A stretch of 64,000 nt of DNA from Squalus acanthias (lineage: Eukaryota), in the NCBI GenBank assembly GCA_030390025.1, contig CM059432.1, positions 26,228,001 to 26,292,000 on the forward strand, given 5' to 3'. The notes under the pieces were generated by a model, which searched no databases, had not been told where the DNA came from, and saw only the letters and a list, made by a program, of their open reading frames with translations. Made by a program: the position numbers and the translations under genes. Shown here one piece after another: positions 1-13,197 of this stretch. Numbering within the stretch: position 1 is the stretch's first letter; the number at the start of each line of letters is the position of its first letter.

Positions 1-1870
1 CAACACGAAAATTTGACAGGCAGCTAATGAGGTGTCTTACTCCAGTTGGCCACTTGTAAATCAAACAGAGCAGACATCCTCACATTTCATGGTTACAATC
101 TGAATTGAAACCAGAAAAAATCCAAAGCGAGCTACAACAAAAAAAAATAATAACTGAAGCATTTTAAAGGTCTGAGTGTGGAGGAATTAATTATACTCTG
201 GGTGGAAACTTCAAACTGTAACTAATTGAGCTGCTTTGTAAGCAGACTGAAGCTTCATTTGCAAACAGAACAGACTGAGGGCTGGATTTTCTCAGCGGTG
301 TCGGGATAGCTGGTTGCCGGGTTCCGGTCCCACTCAGCCGGAGTGGGACGCGTCATCAGCCGGTTTCCTTAAAGGGACCATGGCCACATTGAGTTTGACA
401 GTTGTTCTGTCAGTGTTTTACATCATTGAGGTGCTGCAAACACTGATAAGCACTGCACAGAGGTGGACGGTTGCACCCAGGCTCTCCAATGACTCCCTCC
501 ATATGCTTATAGAGGGAGTCACAGCACGCAGGGCGGATCGCTTCCCTTCCAAGGGCGGAAGAGACCTCCCCAGGACATCAAAGCAGTCTGGTTGCACATT
601 GCACAGGAGGGTAAAAGCAGGGATGTCATCAGGAATCCCTGGCTGCAGTGGCACCAACCTTTCAATGATCTCAGTGGATCATGAAACGTTACTGCAAAGC
701 CACACTCAAACTCACCCTGCTGTGTCACTCAACACATCCCCATCACTCTGCCTTCCATACCCTTCTCCTGCACATCCTTACTCACACCAACTTACCTTGC
801 ACCTCCATCCATCCCTCTCTATCTACATTATCACTTCCCCATCTCACTAGCCATTCCTCACACTCACCCTCATCCTACTGCAAGCATACCAACTAACAAC
901 ACACAAGGGTAGGCACTTGAGAGGTTTAGCCAATGTCCATGCGAAATTTCTGGTAATGTGTTGTCATACAGTGAAATCTATATTTTCAACACTGCCCCTT
1001 ATTGGACAGATCTGTGCGCACCTTGAGAAGTGTCTTACTGAGTTCCAGTGAATGTTGAGACATAACTTCCCCCCCCCCGACCTGCTATTGTGAGGAGTGT
1101 GAAAGGAATGGCTTGGACATTATAGGGATGCTTTACGGTGCTGGTGTGGGATGGTGTCAACCTGGCGCATCATGTGGCAGGCAGGGTTTACAGTGTCAAG
1201 TGAAGTAAATGTGGCCATGGTGATGCCATCCCTGGCCTCCCGGGCAGCAGAGTTCTCAGGGGCAGATGCCCTGTGCAGCATTAGGTGATGGCGGAGAAGG
1301 TTGTTGTTGTTGCTGCTGGTGTGCCTGGTGATGTTGGTGTTGGGGCTGAGCGTGTAAGGAATCAGAGGAGCAAGCTGAGATAGTTTTTAGGGCACCGATG
1401 TTGCTGCAATAGATGGCAGCTGCAAGTGAGATGACAGAAGCGATCTGTCAATAGTGAGAGAGGTTGTTCCAATGAGGTCGCACTGGAGATACAATTGGCT
1501 CTAAACACTTGCAAGCTAAAGAAATCTCTATGGGGGAAATATTTGGTTGCTTTGCGCCTCCCGTTAATGGGGCACAAAGCAACTAGCACCTGGGCGCGGC
1601 AATGTTTGCGCCGCTCGCGAAATTGACCAGACATTTTGCGGTGGCGCTAAACACCATCACAACGATCTCCTGCGCCCGCAGATCGTGACGTCTGCAACGC
1701 CCCGGTAGGGCCCTGGACCGGATATTGAGTGGCACCCCCTGCCTTACTGCCTGCCGCTAGCAACGACAGGTTGAGGGGAGCATTTTGCAGCCGGGAAGGG
1801 ACTGGGGAGCGCTATTTAAAGGCGACCGCTTCCTGCCTTTTGTTGACGGCGACATTTTTGCACCACGCAT

Positions 1871-1873
<3 letters not shown>

Positions 1874-1904
<31 letters not shown>

Positions 1905-1911
1905 AGAGAGA
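1874..1911. repeat. (GA)n microsatellite
   Basis: Direct reading: GAGAGA... run with a short CA interruption. Confidence 0.95.
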
Positions 1912-2259
1912 GACTTCTGGAGAGATTCAACACTGTGTGAAGGAGTTTTGGGTACTGAGCAGCACTTTGCAGGTTCATTTTGATTTGACCTTCCTTACAT
2001 CGATTTAGAAGAGACTATGGGGGCTGCACTCTGAGCTCTTTCCCTGGGTCTCTCCATTGTTCTTTCCAGCAGAATTGATGTACAGGTCTCTCCAGGCCGA
2101 GATTCAAGGCTGCAATGAGCAGGGTGTGGATGGAGAGCAAGATAGACCCTCCCCTTTAAGAACTGGCCGGCGCCAGTGTGTCTGTGTTCTATTGCTGACT
2201 GACATCACGAGCTTCAACAGCGCTCTGAGGTAGCGCCTCGCTCCTCGGCGTTAGCGCCT

Positions 2260-3647
2260 TAAGGAAGTGGGGTAGCATTGCTGGTTAAAGAGGGGATTAA
2301 CACAATTGTAAGGAAGGATATTAGCTCTTATGATGTGGAATCTGTATGGGTAGAACTGAGAAATACCAAGGGGCAGAAAACACTAGTGGGAGTGGTGTAT
2401 AGACCCCCAAACAGTAATACGGAGGTTGGGGATGGCATTAAAAGGGAAATTAGAGAAGCGTGTAATAAGAGCACAGCAGTTATCATGGGCGACTTTAATC
2501 TACATATAGATTGGGCTAACCAAATTAGTAACAATACTGTGGAGGAGGAATTCCTGGAGTGTATACGGGATGGTTTCCTGGACCAATATGTCGAGGTACC
2601 AACTAGAGATCAGGCCATCTTAGACTGGGTATTATGTAATGAGAAAGGATTAATTAGCAATCTTGTTGTGCGAGGCCCCTTGGGTCGGAGCGATCATAAT
2701 ATGATCGAATTCTTCATTAAGATGTAGAGTGAAGTAGTTGACTCAGAGACTAGGGTCCTGAATTTAAATAAAGGAAACTACGATGGTATGAGGCGCGAGT
2801 TGGGTAGGATTGATTGGGGAATGTCACTCAAAGGGTTGACGGTGGATAGGCAATGGCAAACATCGCATGAATGAACTACAGAATTTGTTCATCCCAGTTT
2901 GGCATAAAAATAAAACAAAAAAGGTGACTCAACCGTGGCTAACAAAGGAAATTAGGGATAGCATAAGATCTAAGGAGAGGACATATAAATTGGCCAGAAA
3001 AAGCAGAAAACCTGAGTATGGGAGCAGTATAGGATTCAGCAACGAAGGACAAAGGGATTAATTAAGAGGGGGAAAATAGAGTATGAGAGTAAGCTTGCAG
3101 GGAACATAAAAACTGACTGTAAAAGCTTTTATAGATATGTGAAGAGAAAAAGATTGGTGAAGTCAAGCGTAGGTCCCTTGCAGTCAGAATCAGGGGAATT
3201 TAGAATGGGGAACAAAGAAATGGCAGATCAATTAAATACATACTTTGGTTCTGTCTTCACAAAGGAGGACACAAATAACCTCCCAGAGATGTCGGGGAAC
3301 ATAGGGTCTAATGAGAGGGAGGAACTGAAAGAAATCAGTATTTGTAGGGAAATAGTGTTAGGGAAATTGACGGGATTGAAGGCCGATAAATCCCCAGGGC
3401 CTGATAATCTGCATCCTAGGGTACTTAAGGAAGTGGCCCTAGAAATAGTAGATGCATTGCTGGTCATCTTCCAGAGTCTATAGAATTTTGGAACAGTACC
3501 CATGGATTGGAGGGATCAAGGGATATGGGGAGAAGGCAGGGACAGGGTACTGAATTTGGATGATCAGCCATGATCTCATTGAATGGCGGAGCAGGCTCGA
3601 GGGGCTGAATGGCCTGCTCCTGCTCCTATCTTCTATGTTTCTATGTA
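2260..3647 (+). mobile_element. CR1-clade (HER1-like) LINE fragment, internally deleted
   Basis: ORFs 2278-2727 (APE endonuclease: VYRPPN, IMGDFN, LDWVL, SDHN) and 3139-3483 (KSPGPDNLHPRVLKE). The sequence then jumps to the 3' UTR and CTATGTTT tail. 8-bp TSD TAGCGCCT at 2252-2259 and 3648-3655. Confidence 0.9.
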
Positions 3648-4207
3648 TAGCGCCTGATTTAATGCTCCAATCACCTCTAGGGGCAATAGAAGCCAAGTTT
3701 GCAGTCGGAGGCGATAATTAGCACCAGGCGCTAAACTTTGCGCCCAGCCGATAATTGCGATACCAAGTTTCTCCCCCTATATGTCTTACAAATGCAGTAA
3801 CCAACAGTTTCTGTGCTCTGAAACTAACCACCTGCAACATGGCATCCTTTACACCACTTCTGCAGCTGTCAGCTTATCAGATACATCAGAGCAGACTCAA
3901 CTCACGCCAGGGTGAGCTGGCGTGTTCCCCGAGCAGCGGGTAACCCGTGGGGAGCACGTAAAATTGGAAGAAAGCCTCAAAATACCATTAAATTGGCTGT
4001 TAACAACCCATTTAATGAGCTCAATTGTCTCCCCCACCGCTTGTTGTCGGGTCAGTTCTCAGTTGATAGACCCGACACCTGGGAGACTCGCGTGGAGGCG
4101 GGTTGACAGCGGGTTTCCTACCCACTGTCAATCTTTGTTATTTTGACAGCGGATCCACCTCCAAACCCGCACTCTGAGCGCCGGCAAAATTCAGCCCCGA
4201 GTGTCTA

Positions 4208-4305
4208 CAACAGCAAAATACTGCGGATGCTGGAAATCTAAATTAACAGAAAATGCTAGAAACACTCAGCAGGTCAGGTAGCATCTGTGGAGAGAGAAAC
4301 CGAGT
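4208..4305 (-). repeat. Penelope-type repeat fragment
   Basis: AAAATACTGCGGATGCTGGAAATC...CAGCAGGTCAGGTAGCATCTGTGGAGAGAG, the same family as 4770-5130, 11817-11928, 13200-13400 and 47720-47930. Confidence 0.55.
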
Positions 4306-4769
4306 GTCTAACTGGAGAAAATGGATTCCATAAAGTACCATTTTAAATATCTGTACCCCACATGGTAGATTCATAAAGCACGTCTTGCCAGTCTTTTTTT
4401 TCCCTGTTGCAAATTAGGTTTTTCAGCACAACAGGTTCGCAATTAACAGCTGGAATAAAATTCAAGTTGCAGACATGGTTACTCCTGAATGAAAAGGGTC
4501 ACTTAAAACAGTCAGATTTCCAAGTCAGGTGGCCAACATGGATGACAGTGAACACAATAAGAACTTGTTTGAAGTAAATCATACTCCTTGAAAATTGCCA
4601 CCGAGTTTTCTAATCTGCCAATTTGAAAAAAATATGTAAGAATTGCACAGGAGTACATATTTTCTCGCAATATTTTCTCCCCTCAAACCCTGAGGGCACT
4701 GACCGCTTACTTTGGTCCAGTTCTTGGCACACCAGTAACCCTGTAGTATATCAAAGTGCCAATTGTTTA

Positions 4770-5130
4770 TTTCAAATATAAACAGAAAATGCTGAATATA
4801 CTTAGCAGGCCAGGCAGCATCTGCAGAGAAGAAACACAAACACAGTTATCGTTTCAGGTCTGTGACCTTTCGTCAGAACTGGAAAATGTTACAGATGCAA
4901 CAGGTTTTAAGTACAGGTCCAGGGAAAGGGGGAGGAGAGGATAGAACTAAAGGAAGGTCTGTGATAGGGTGCCCCTCCCCTCTTTCCCTCCCTTAATATT
5001 TCCTGCAGACGAAAAGTCACAGCCCTGAAACGTTAACTGTTTCTCTCTCCACTGATGCTGCCTGGCCTACTGAGTATTTCCAGCATTTTCTGTTTATATT
5101 TCAGATTTCCAGCATCCGCAGTAATTTGCC
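4770..5130. mobile_element. Pair of oppositely oriented Penelope-type repeat fragments
   Basis: 4775-4881 and 5005-5105 are reverse complements of each other, and each carries a (degenerate) hammerhead-like core. Confidence 0.6.
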
Positions 5131-6340
5131 TTTTTAATATGTATTTCAATCTATTTACCATAAGGAGCATTACAGTCAAGACCAATCTTGTCCTCACCCA
5201 ACATCCCAAAGACATGCATTTTCAGCAGGGATTGCTGGTTAGTAATAAAGGTTTTACCGCTCCCTAAGTCAGGGCATTGGTGCTAATTGTAGCATCCACA
5301 ATACTACCTCAGCTGAAATGAGCTCCTCAGCAAGGATTACACCTGGGATGTCACTGTACTGCTCAGCTACTCAACTGGATGAATTCATTGAGTCATTGCT
5401 ATACACTAACATTTGCCTTTGTTTCACATGCGTACATTCTTTTTCCTCTATGCTGATAGGAACAGGAGTAGGGCATTTCACCAAGCTTGTTACATTGTTG
5501 AACAATAGGAGCTTCATTCTCAGTGATCATGCCAGCACTGATGAGCTGTGTGACATGGAACCTAAACTAATACTGATACCAACACCAGCATTACCAGTTT
5601 TTTTTTTCCAAATACATAAATGATTCAGAAATGCAAATCATTTCATTCGCTTTTCTTTCTCCCACCAAACTAGGAAACATTCCTTACGCATCACGTTGAT
5701 ACTTCAAATCAAAGAACTCCCATTAAGTTGCATTATTTCTGAAATTATTTACATGTATGGATTCAAGAGTTTAAGTGTACAGTAATTGAAAATAAGATCC
5801 TTACTGAAATAATCAATGTCATCTGCACAGATGTATTTATACTAAGGATTTAGGAAGTGGTAAAGTTGGAGAAAATTTTAAAAAAAACAAGGCATTGATC
5901 ACATGCATTGAAATCTAATTATAGAAACAAGTCAACCAGTGCCAGGGAAGGCATTACATTTGTACCTATTAGACCCACATTCTGAGCACGAACTTGGCTT
6001 TTCAGATAAATTGGTCATTGTTAGGTTGTGATGCAGATTTCACAATAAATTTCAGGGTGATATTTTACATTTACCTAGTACAGCAGCATTTGCTGCTCAA
6101 TTACCACAGTTTTGCATGAAAAGTCCCAGAAGCAGTGAAAATTCCCATTTATGAGTGAATCTGAACCACAACATACAACGACATCATTCCTGCACACTTC
6201 AATTGTGAGGGTCTATCTGGTTAGGATGCTGACCTAAAATAATTAGTTAGGTTACTAATTTAGCAACAATCTGTACAGATACTGATGAAAAAAAAATCAA
6301 CATTAAACAGTAGCAACAGAAGCCAAACAGAAAACTAATC

Positions 6341-8458
6341 ATAGAAGGTTACAGCACGGAAGGAGGCCATTTCGGCCCATCATGTCCGCACCGGCCAACA
6401 AAGAGCTATCCAGCCTAATCCCACTTCCCAGCTCTTGGTCCATAGCCCTGCAGGTTAGAGCATCCCAAGTGAACAGCCAAGTACTTTTTAAATGTGGTTA
6501 GGGTTCCTGCATCTACCACCCTTTCAGGCAGTGAGTTCCAGACCCCCACAACCCTCTGGATGAAGACATTTCCCCCTCAAATCCCCTCTAAACCTTCCAC
6601 CAATTACTTTAAATCTGTGCCCCCTGGTTTTTGATCCCTCTGCTAAGGGAATTAGGTCCTTTCTATCCACTTTATCTATGCCCCTCATAATTTTATACAC
6701 CTCAATAAGGTCTCCCCTCAGCCTTCTCTGTTCCAAGGAAAACAGACCCAGCCTATCCAGTCTTTCCTCGTAGCTAAGGTTCTCTACTCCCGGCAACATC
6801 CTTGTAAATCTCCTCTGTACCCTCTCTAGTGCAATCACATCTTTCCTGTAATGTGGTGACCAGAACTGCACGCAGTACTCTAGCTGAGGCCTAACTAGTG
6901 TTTTATACAGTTGAAGCATAACCCCGCTGCTCTTGTATTCTATGCCATGGCTAATAAAGGCAAGCATTCCGTATGCCTTCTTAACCACCTTATCTACCTG
7001 GCCTGCTACCTTCAGGGATCTGTGGACATGCACTCCAAGGTCCCTTTGTTCCTCTACACTACTCAGTGTCCTACCATTTAATGTGTATTCCCTTTCCTTG
7101 TTAGCCCGCCCCAAATGCATAACCTCACACTTCTCCGGATTGAATTCCATTTGCCACTGTTCTGCCCACCTGACCAATTTATTGACATCTTCCTGCAGTC
7201 TACAGCTTCCTTCTTCAGTATCAACCACATAGCCGATTTTAGTATCATCTGCAAACTTCTTAATCATACCCCCTATATTCAAGTCTAGATCATTGATATA
7301 TACCACAAAAAGCAAGGGACCTAGTACTGAGCCCTGCAGAACCCCACTGGAAACAGCCTTCCAGTCACAAAAACACCCATCAACCATTACCCTCTGCTTC
7401 CTGCCTCCGAGCCAGTTTTGAATCCGACTTGACACTTTGCCCTGGATCCCATGGGCTTTTAACTTCGTGACCAGTCTGCCATGTGGAACCTTATCAAAAG
7501 CCTTGCTAAAGTCCATATACACTACATCAAACGTACTACCCTCATCTACCCTCCTTGTTACCTCCTCAAAAAATTCAATCAAGTTTGTCAGACACGACCT
7601 TCCCTTAACAAATCCGTGCTGACTATCCTTGATTAATCCCGTGTCTTTCTAAATGAAGATTTATCCTGTCCTTCAGAATTCTTTCCAATAATTATCCCAC
7701 CACCGAGGTTAGGCTGACTGGCCTGTAATTACTCGGTCTATCCTTTTCTCCCTTTTTAAACAAGGGTACCACATTAGCAGTCCTCCAGCACCACACCTGA
7801 AGCCAGAGAGGATTGAAAAATGATGGTCAGGGCCTCTGCTATTTCCTCTTTTGCTTCACTTAACAGCCTGGGATACATTTCATCCGGGCCTGGGGATTTA
7901 TCCACTTTTAAAGCTGCTAAACCCCTTAATACTTCCTCTCTCACTATGTTTACTTCATCTAATATTTCACACTCCTCCCCCGATAGCAATGTCTGCTTCG
8001 CCCCTTTCCTTTGTGAAAACAGACGCAAAGTATTCATTAAGAACCCTACCAACGTCTCCCGCCTCCACACACAGATTACCCTCATGATCTCCAATAGGCC
8101 CTACCCTTTTTTTAGTTATCCTCTTACTGTTAATATATTTATAAAACATCTTTGGGTTTTCCTTGATTTTACTTGCCAAAAAATTTTCATGCTCTCTCTT
8201 TGCTTTCCTAATATCCTTTTTAATTGCACCCCTGCACTTTCTGTACTCCTCTAAAGATTCTGGAGTATTTAGCCCTCGGTATCTGTCATACGCCGCCCTT
8301 TTTTTCTTTATCCTATCCTGTATGTCTCTAGACATCCAGGGGGCTCTAGATTTGTTAGTCCCACCTTTTTTCTTTAAGGGCACATATTTGGTCTGAACCC
8401 TCCAGATCTCCTTGAATGCCTCCCACTGCTCTGACACTGATTTACCTTCAAGTACCTT
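6341..8458 (-). mobile_element. 5'-truncated CR1 LINE (ORF2 RT region, frameshifted)
   Basis: ORF 6524-7582 has RT motifs (DFSKAFDKV, QGSVLGP, FADD). Upstream ORF2 pieces lie at 7774-8437, and a 3' tail is present. CTAATC flanks both ends (6335-6340, 8459-8464). Confidence 0.92.
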
Positions 8459-9929
8459 CTAATCTGAAACACCATTTACAACATCCAATTATAAAAGGGT
8501 TCTTCGAAGAGTTACAGAACGAAGTTAATGAAGGGTCAATTGGGTGGACGATGGGATGAATTTCTATTGCTTTGGACTAGATATTTCATTGTCTAATTAT
8601 CTTGAAAGGCCCATCAGCATTCCATCAACAGAGCTCAAGTAAATATCAAAATTGAGCAATCAAGAGCAGATCTTTCTCCCCCTTAAATAAATCTGGTGAT
8701 TTGTCAGCAGAGAACAAGAGTTATCGGTGAACAGAAAAACAGTGCCAATTGGTGCAACCAGCAAAAATAAATAAAGTATAACTACATATATGAAAATCGA
8801 CTGAATAAATTCAGATAAAAACAGTAGGTTTGCACAGAGCTAGTAGGCAGCCATCCCAGAAATAATAGACATGTATATATGTTGTACTCAAAATCCATAT
8901 CTGCTACAGAATGCAATGTTCAACTCCTATATAGGTCCAGCACAATACCCTTCAGCAGAATGTATCCTAGCAATGCCAAGACTTCCAATAATGTAAGCAC
9001 TATATGGGCTTGTGTTTCTGACCACCTGGTAGTTCAAGACACTACTGGAATCTATGTCAGCAAGTATTCCAAGGGTCCCTACAGACACACTACTAATTGT
9101 GTGGATTTGACCCATTATAACAAGACCTGGAAACCTGCCGAATGTTGGAAATGCTGATCTTGTCACCACAAATTCTCTTGTCTATGATGTTTGCTGTGCT
9201 CTTCAGCACAGCTGATTCTGTAAGTGCATGACCTTTTCTTTATTGCAGGGCAGAATTCAAAAGGAGGAGGGGGGAAAGACTTCATTTCCTCAGCAAAATA
9301 CCAACAGGGCTCAATTACTGCACCTATCATTGGGTAAAAATGCCACATCTAAGTAGATTATAGCAGCTGGTACTTTTTTTCCTCGTTCTGTTCTTAAATG
9401 TCAACTATAGCAACTGCATATTGGGAGAGACACTTCTTACATATTAGTCTTAAATCTGCTTCTATATGCATTTTATTTGAATACACTTTTTAAAATGTGT
9501 ACTTAGGTTAATTTGAATAAATCTGTACAATGTATCAGTTTAGTTTTGCAATGAATATCTAGGTCAGGGTTAAACATTAAATGTTACCATCTATATACTA
9601 TTGTACATATATATCTATATTAAAAATCTACACAAACTTCCTGTCAAATTTTCCATCATAAATTCCAATGTCCACATTTCGAATGGAAACTGCTTATGTA
9701 AACTTGTCACGCTGTAATTACACCCTCCCACCAGTTAAAGTACTGCATTGTTACCACCGACAGGAGGGTGAAATTATAGTGTGACAAGTTCACATTTACA
9801 TTATAAATGTAGACATAGGAATTCAGAATGGATATATAAAAGTTAGAACAGAATACATGACCTTAAAATGGGGAATGAATTACATCTTCACAGCTTGGTC
9901 CAATTATCTCCTAGTCTTGGTTTAGTATA

Positions 9930-10335
9930 GAACTATGTTAGATGTCGGAAGGGGACTCTTTTCGCAGAGAATCATCGATCTCGGGAAAAAGTTGCCAGTT
10001 CGTGCAGTGAGTGTGGATTTGCTGCCAAAGTGCAAAAGAGAACTGAACAAGATCATGGCTGAGGTCGGTATGTTGGGTAATCTGCCTCATGGTCAGTGTG
10101 GTCTCATGGAAATTGTTTTAATCGCCTTCAAGGGTAGGAGGAATTTCCCAGAAATGTTATTCTCCCCTAAATTTGCCTACGTTTTTTTTTTATTTCCATT
10201 TTTGCCTCTCCCAGGACATTACATGGCTGCTGATAGGCAAGAGGATTTATGATCACGGTGCTTAACTGACTGTATGACACAGGCTCAATGGACCAGCTGG
10301 TCTTTTCCGGTCTGTCATTTTTGTATGTTCGTATT
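9930..10335 (+). mobile_element. Old CR1-like LINE 3' end
   Basis: Degenerate 'LFSQRIIDL..KLP' ORF2 C-terminus plus a 3' UTR stem (TGGACCAGCTGGTCTTTTCC) and tail. Confidence 0.55.
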
Positions 10336-10577
10336 TCCCAAGTGCAATGCCACAGCAGATCGAATAGTATAATATAAAAAAAAATTGTCTGTGAGTGCAA
10401 TGATCATGTCTATGACTCTAATGTTCTTCTTCCTAATTACATACACTTAATCAGCTTGTTGTTCTGCTTTCTAATTGATTATCCCCCCCAGTCACATTAC
10501 AATAAAAACAAATTCTACAAACCAGCAATTACATTTCATATAACTGCCACGACAGACAAAGAGAGAAAACAGAAGCT

Positions 10578-11817
10578 CTTTGAGGATGTAACTAGTGGAG
10601 TAGACAAAGGGGAACCAGTAGATGTGGTGTATCTGGATTTTCGGAAGGCCTTCGATAAGGTCCCACACAAGAGGTTGGTGAACAAAATTAGGGCACATGG
10701 AATGGGGGGTAATATACTAGCATGGATTGAGAATTGGTTAACAGACAGAAAACAAAGAGTAGGGATAAACGTGTCTTTTTCAGGATGGCAGGCTGTGACT
10801 AGTGGAGTACCGCAAGGATCGGTGCTTGGGCCCCAGCTATTCACAATCTATATCAATGATTTGGATGAGGGGACTAAATATAACATTTCCAAATTTGCTG
10901 ATGATACAAAGCTAGGTGGCAGTGTCAGTTGCGAAGAGGATGTGAAGAGGCTTCAAGGGGATCTCGACAGGCTCAGTGAGTGGGCGAGGACATGGCAGAT
11001 AGAATATAATGTGGATAAATGTGAAGTTATCCACTTTGGTAGAAAAAACAGAAAGGCAGAGTATTTCCTAAATGGTGAAAGACTGGGGAATGCAGATGCT
11101 CAAAGGGACCTGGGTGTCCTTGTACACGAGTCACTGAAAGTGAATGTGCAGGTGCAGCAAGCCATTAGGAAGACAAATGGTGTGCTGCCCTTCATTACAA
11201 GAGGATTTGAGTACAGGAGTAAAGAAGTCTTACTCCAATTATATAGGGCCTTGGTGAGACCACACCTGGAGTACGGTGTACAATTTTGGTCTCCTTACCT
11301 AAGGAAGGATATACTTGTCATAGAGGGTGTACAACAATGGTTCACGAGATTGATTCCTGGGATGGCGGGACTGTCATATGAGAAGAGATTGAGTAAACTA
11401 GCCCTGTATTCTCTTGAATTAAGAAGAAGAACAAGAGGGGATCTCATTGAAGCATACAAAATTATTACAGGGCTTGATAGGATGGATGCTGGGAGAATGT
11501 TTCTCTTAGCTGGGGAGTCTAGAACCAGGGGCCACAGCCTGAAGATAAAGGGTAGGCCATTCAGGACTCAGATGAGAAGAAATTTCTTCACAGAGGTTGG
11601 TGAATCTTTGGAATTCTCTACCCCAGAGGGTTGTGGAGGCTCAGTCATTGGGTATATTCAAAACAGAAGTCGATAGATTTCTGACTAGTAGGGGCATCAA
11701 GGGATATGGCGATAGGGCTGGTGAATGGAGTTGAGGCAGAAGATCAGCCATGATCTCATTGAATGGCGGAGCGGGCTCGAAGGGTCGAATGGCCTACTCC
11801 TTTTCTTACGTTCTTAT
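10578..11817 (+). mobile_element. 5'-truncated CR1 LINE (RT domain and 3' UTR)
   Basis: ORF 10456-11676 reads from FEDVTSGVDKGEPVDVVYLDFRKAFDKV through PQGSVLGP and FADD. The N-terminal ~40 aa are flanking read-through. Conserved 3' UTR stem-loop and tail. Confidence 0.92.
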
Positions 11818-11928
11818 GAAACGTTAACTCTATTTCTCGCTCCACGGATGCTGCCTGGCCTGCTGAGTGTTTCCAGCATTTTCTGTTGTTATTTCAGATT
11901 TGCAGCATCCGCAGTATTTTGCTATTGT
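11817..11928 (+). repeat. Penelope-type repeat fragment
   Basis: GAAACGTTAACTC...GCAGTATTTTGCTATTGTA, a near-exact reverse complement of 13198-13310. Confidence 0.6.
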
Positions 11929-12154
11929 AGAAGGTGGAGATATCCATTCCTACCTATCGCTACAGTTACTACATCTCCCCATAAAGACGAGTATGAAGTA
12001 TGGGGCTGATAAATGTAGAGTAAGTGAATTAGAGAGTTCAGGTAAAAGCATTAAAGCAGGTGGAGAAAGAAAGACATCTGGGCGTTCATAAGGTATCACA
12101 ATTGTGTGGGACAGGCTGGATGGACCAGAGGGTCTTTTCCTGCCCTTCATTGTC

Positions 12155-13192
12155 CGTATTTCTCATCTACATGTTGCCCCTTGGTGACATCATCCGAAAA
12201 CACAACGTCAGTTTCCACATGTACACTGACGACACCCAGCGCTACCTCACTACCTCTTCTCTCAAACCCTCCACGGTGTCTAAGTTGTCAGACTGCTTGT
12301 CCAACATACAGTTCTGGATGAGCAAACATTTTATCCAATTAAATATTGGGAAGACCGAAGCCATTGTTTTCAGTCCCCACCACAAACTCCGTTCCCTAGC
12401 CACTGACTCCATCCTTCGCCTTGACATCTGTCTGAGGCTGAACCGCACTGTTCAACCTTGGTGTCATATTTGACTCTGAAATGAGCTTCCGACCACATAT
12501 CCGCAGCATAACAAAGACTGCCTATTTCCAACTCCGTAACATCGCCAGTCTCCGCCCTTGCCTCAGCTCATCCGCTGCTGAAACCCTCATCCATGCCTTT
12601 GTTTCCTCTAGACTTGACTATTTCAATGCACTCTTGGCTGGCCTCCCACATTCCACCTACGTAAACTTGAGGTCATGCAAAACTTGGCTGCCCGTGTCCT
12701 AACTCGCACCAAGTCCCGTTCGCCCATCACCCATGCTCGCTGACCTACATTGGCTCCCGGTTAAGCAGCGCCTCGATTTCAAAATTCTCATCCTTGTTTT
12801 CAAATCCCTCCATGGCCTCGCCCCTTCCTATCTCTGTAATCTCCTTCAGCTCCACAACCACCCCCCTCCACCCCCGCCCCCCCTCACCTCCGAGATACCT
12901 GCGCTCCTCTAATTTTGCCCTCTTGAGCATCCCTGATTTTAATCGCTCAACCTTTGGTGGCTGTGCCTTCTGTTGCCCAGGCTCAAAACTCTGGAATTCC
13001 CTGCCTAAACCTGTCCGCCTCGCTACCTCTCTTTCCTCCTTTAAGACGCTCCTTAAAACCTACCTCTTTGACCAAGCTTATGGTCACCTGAGCTAATTTA
13101 TCCTTATGTGGATCGGTGTCAAATTTTTTGTCTTAAAATACTTCTGTGCAGCGCCTTGGGACGTTTTACTACATTAAAGGAGCTATATAAAT
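12155..13192 (+). mobile_element. L2-clade LINE 3' fragment
   Basis: Decayed RT/C-terminus: IYMLPLGDIIRKHNVSFHMYTDDTQ, LIHAFVSSRLDYFN, SFKTLLKTYLF. 3' end GCTATATAAATAC. Confidence 0.85.
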
Positions 13193-13197
13193 ACATA

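Larger units (their letters stand above)
1532..3777 (+). mobile_element. Second Harbinger-type non-autonomous element nested in family A copy 1
   Basis: Ends GGGGGAAATATTTGG / CCAAGTTTCTCCCCC with exact TAT TSD (1529-1531, 3778-3780). Contains the GCTATTTAAAGG promoter-like motif also seen in other Harbinger copies here. Confidence 0.7.
279..4197 (+). mobile_element. Non-autonomous PIF/Harbinger element (family A, copy 1) carrying a nested insertion
   Basis: Terminal inverted repeats (TIRs) GGGCTGGATTTT (279) and AAAATTCAGCCC (4186-4197), with 3-bp flanks TGA/CGA. Internal sequence is colinear with 45538-47306, and it holds a decayed Myb/SANT-like segment (APRLSNDSLHMLIEGVTARR). Confidence 0.8.

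Noticed and set aside
10456..11676. 406-aa RT ORF as an intact gene, retron or domesticated RT
   Set aside because: It is a 5'-truncated CR1 ORF2 fragment with chance upstream read-through, a frameshifted end and a LINE 3' tail.
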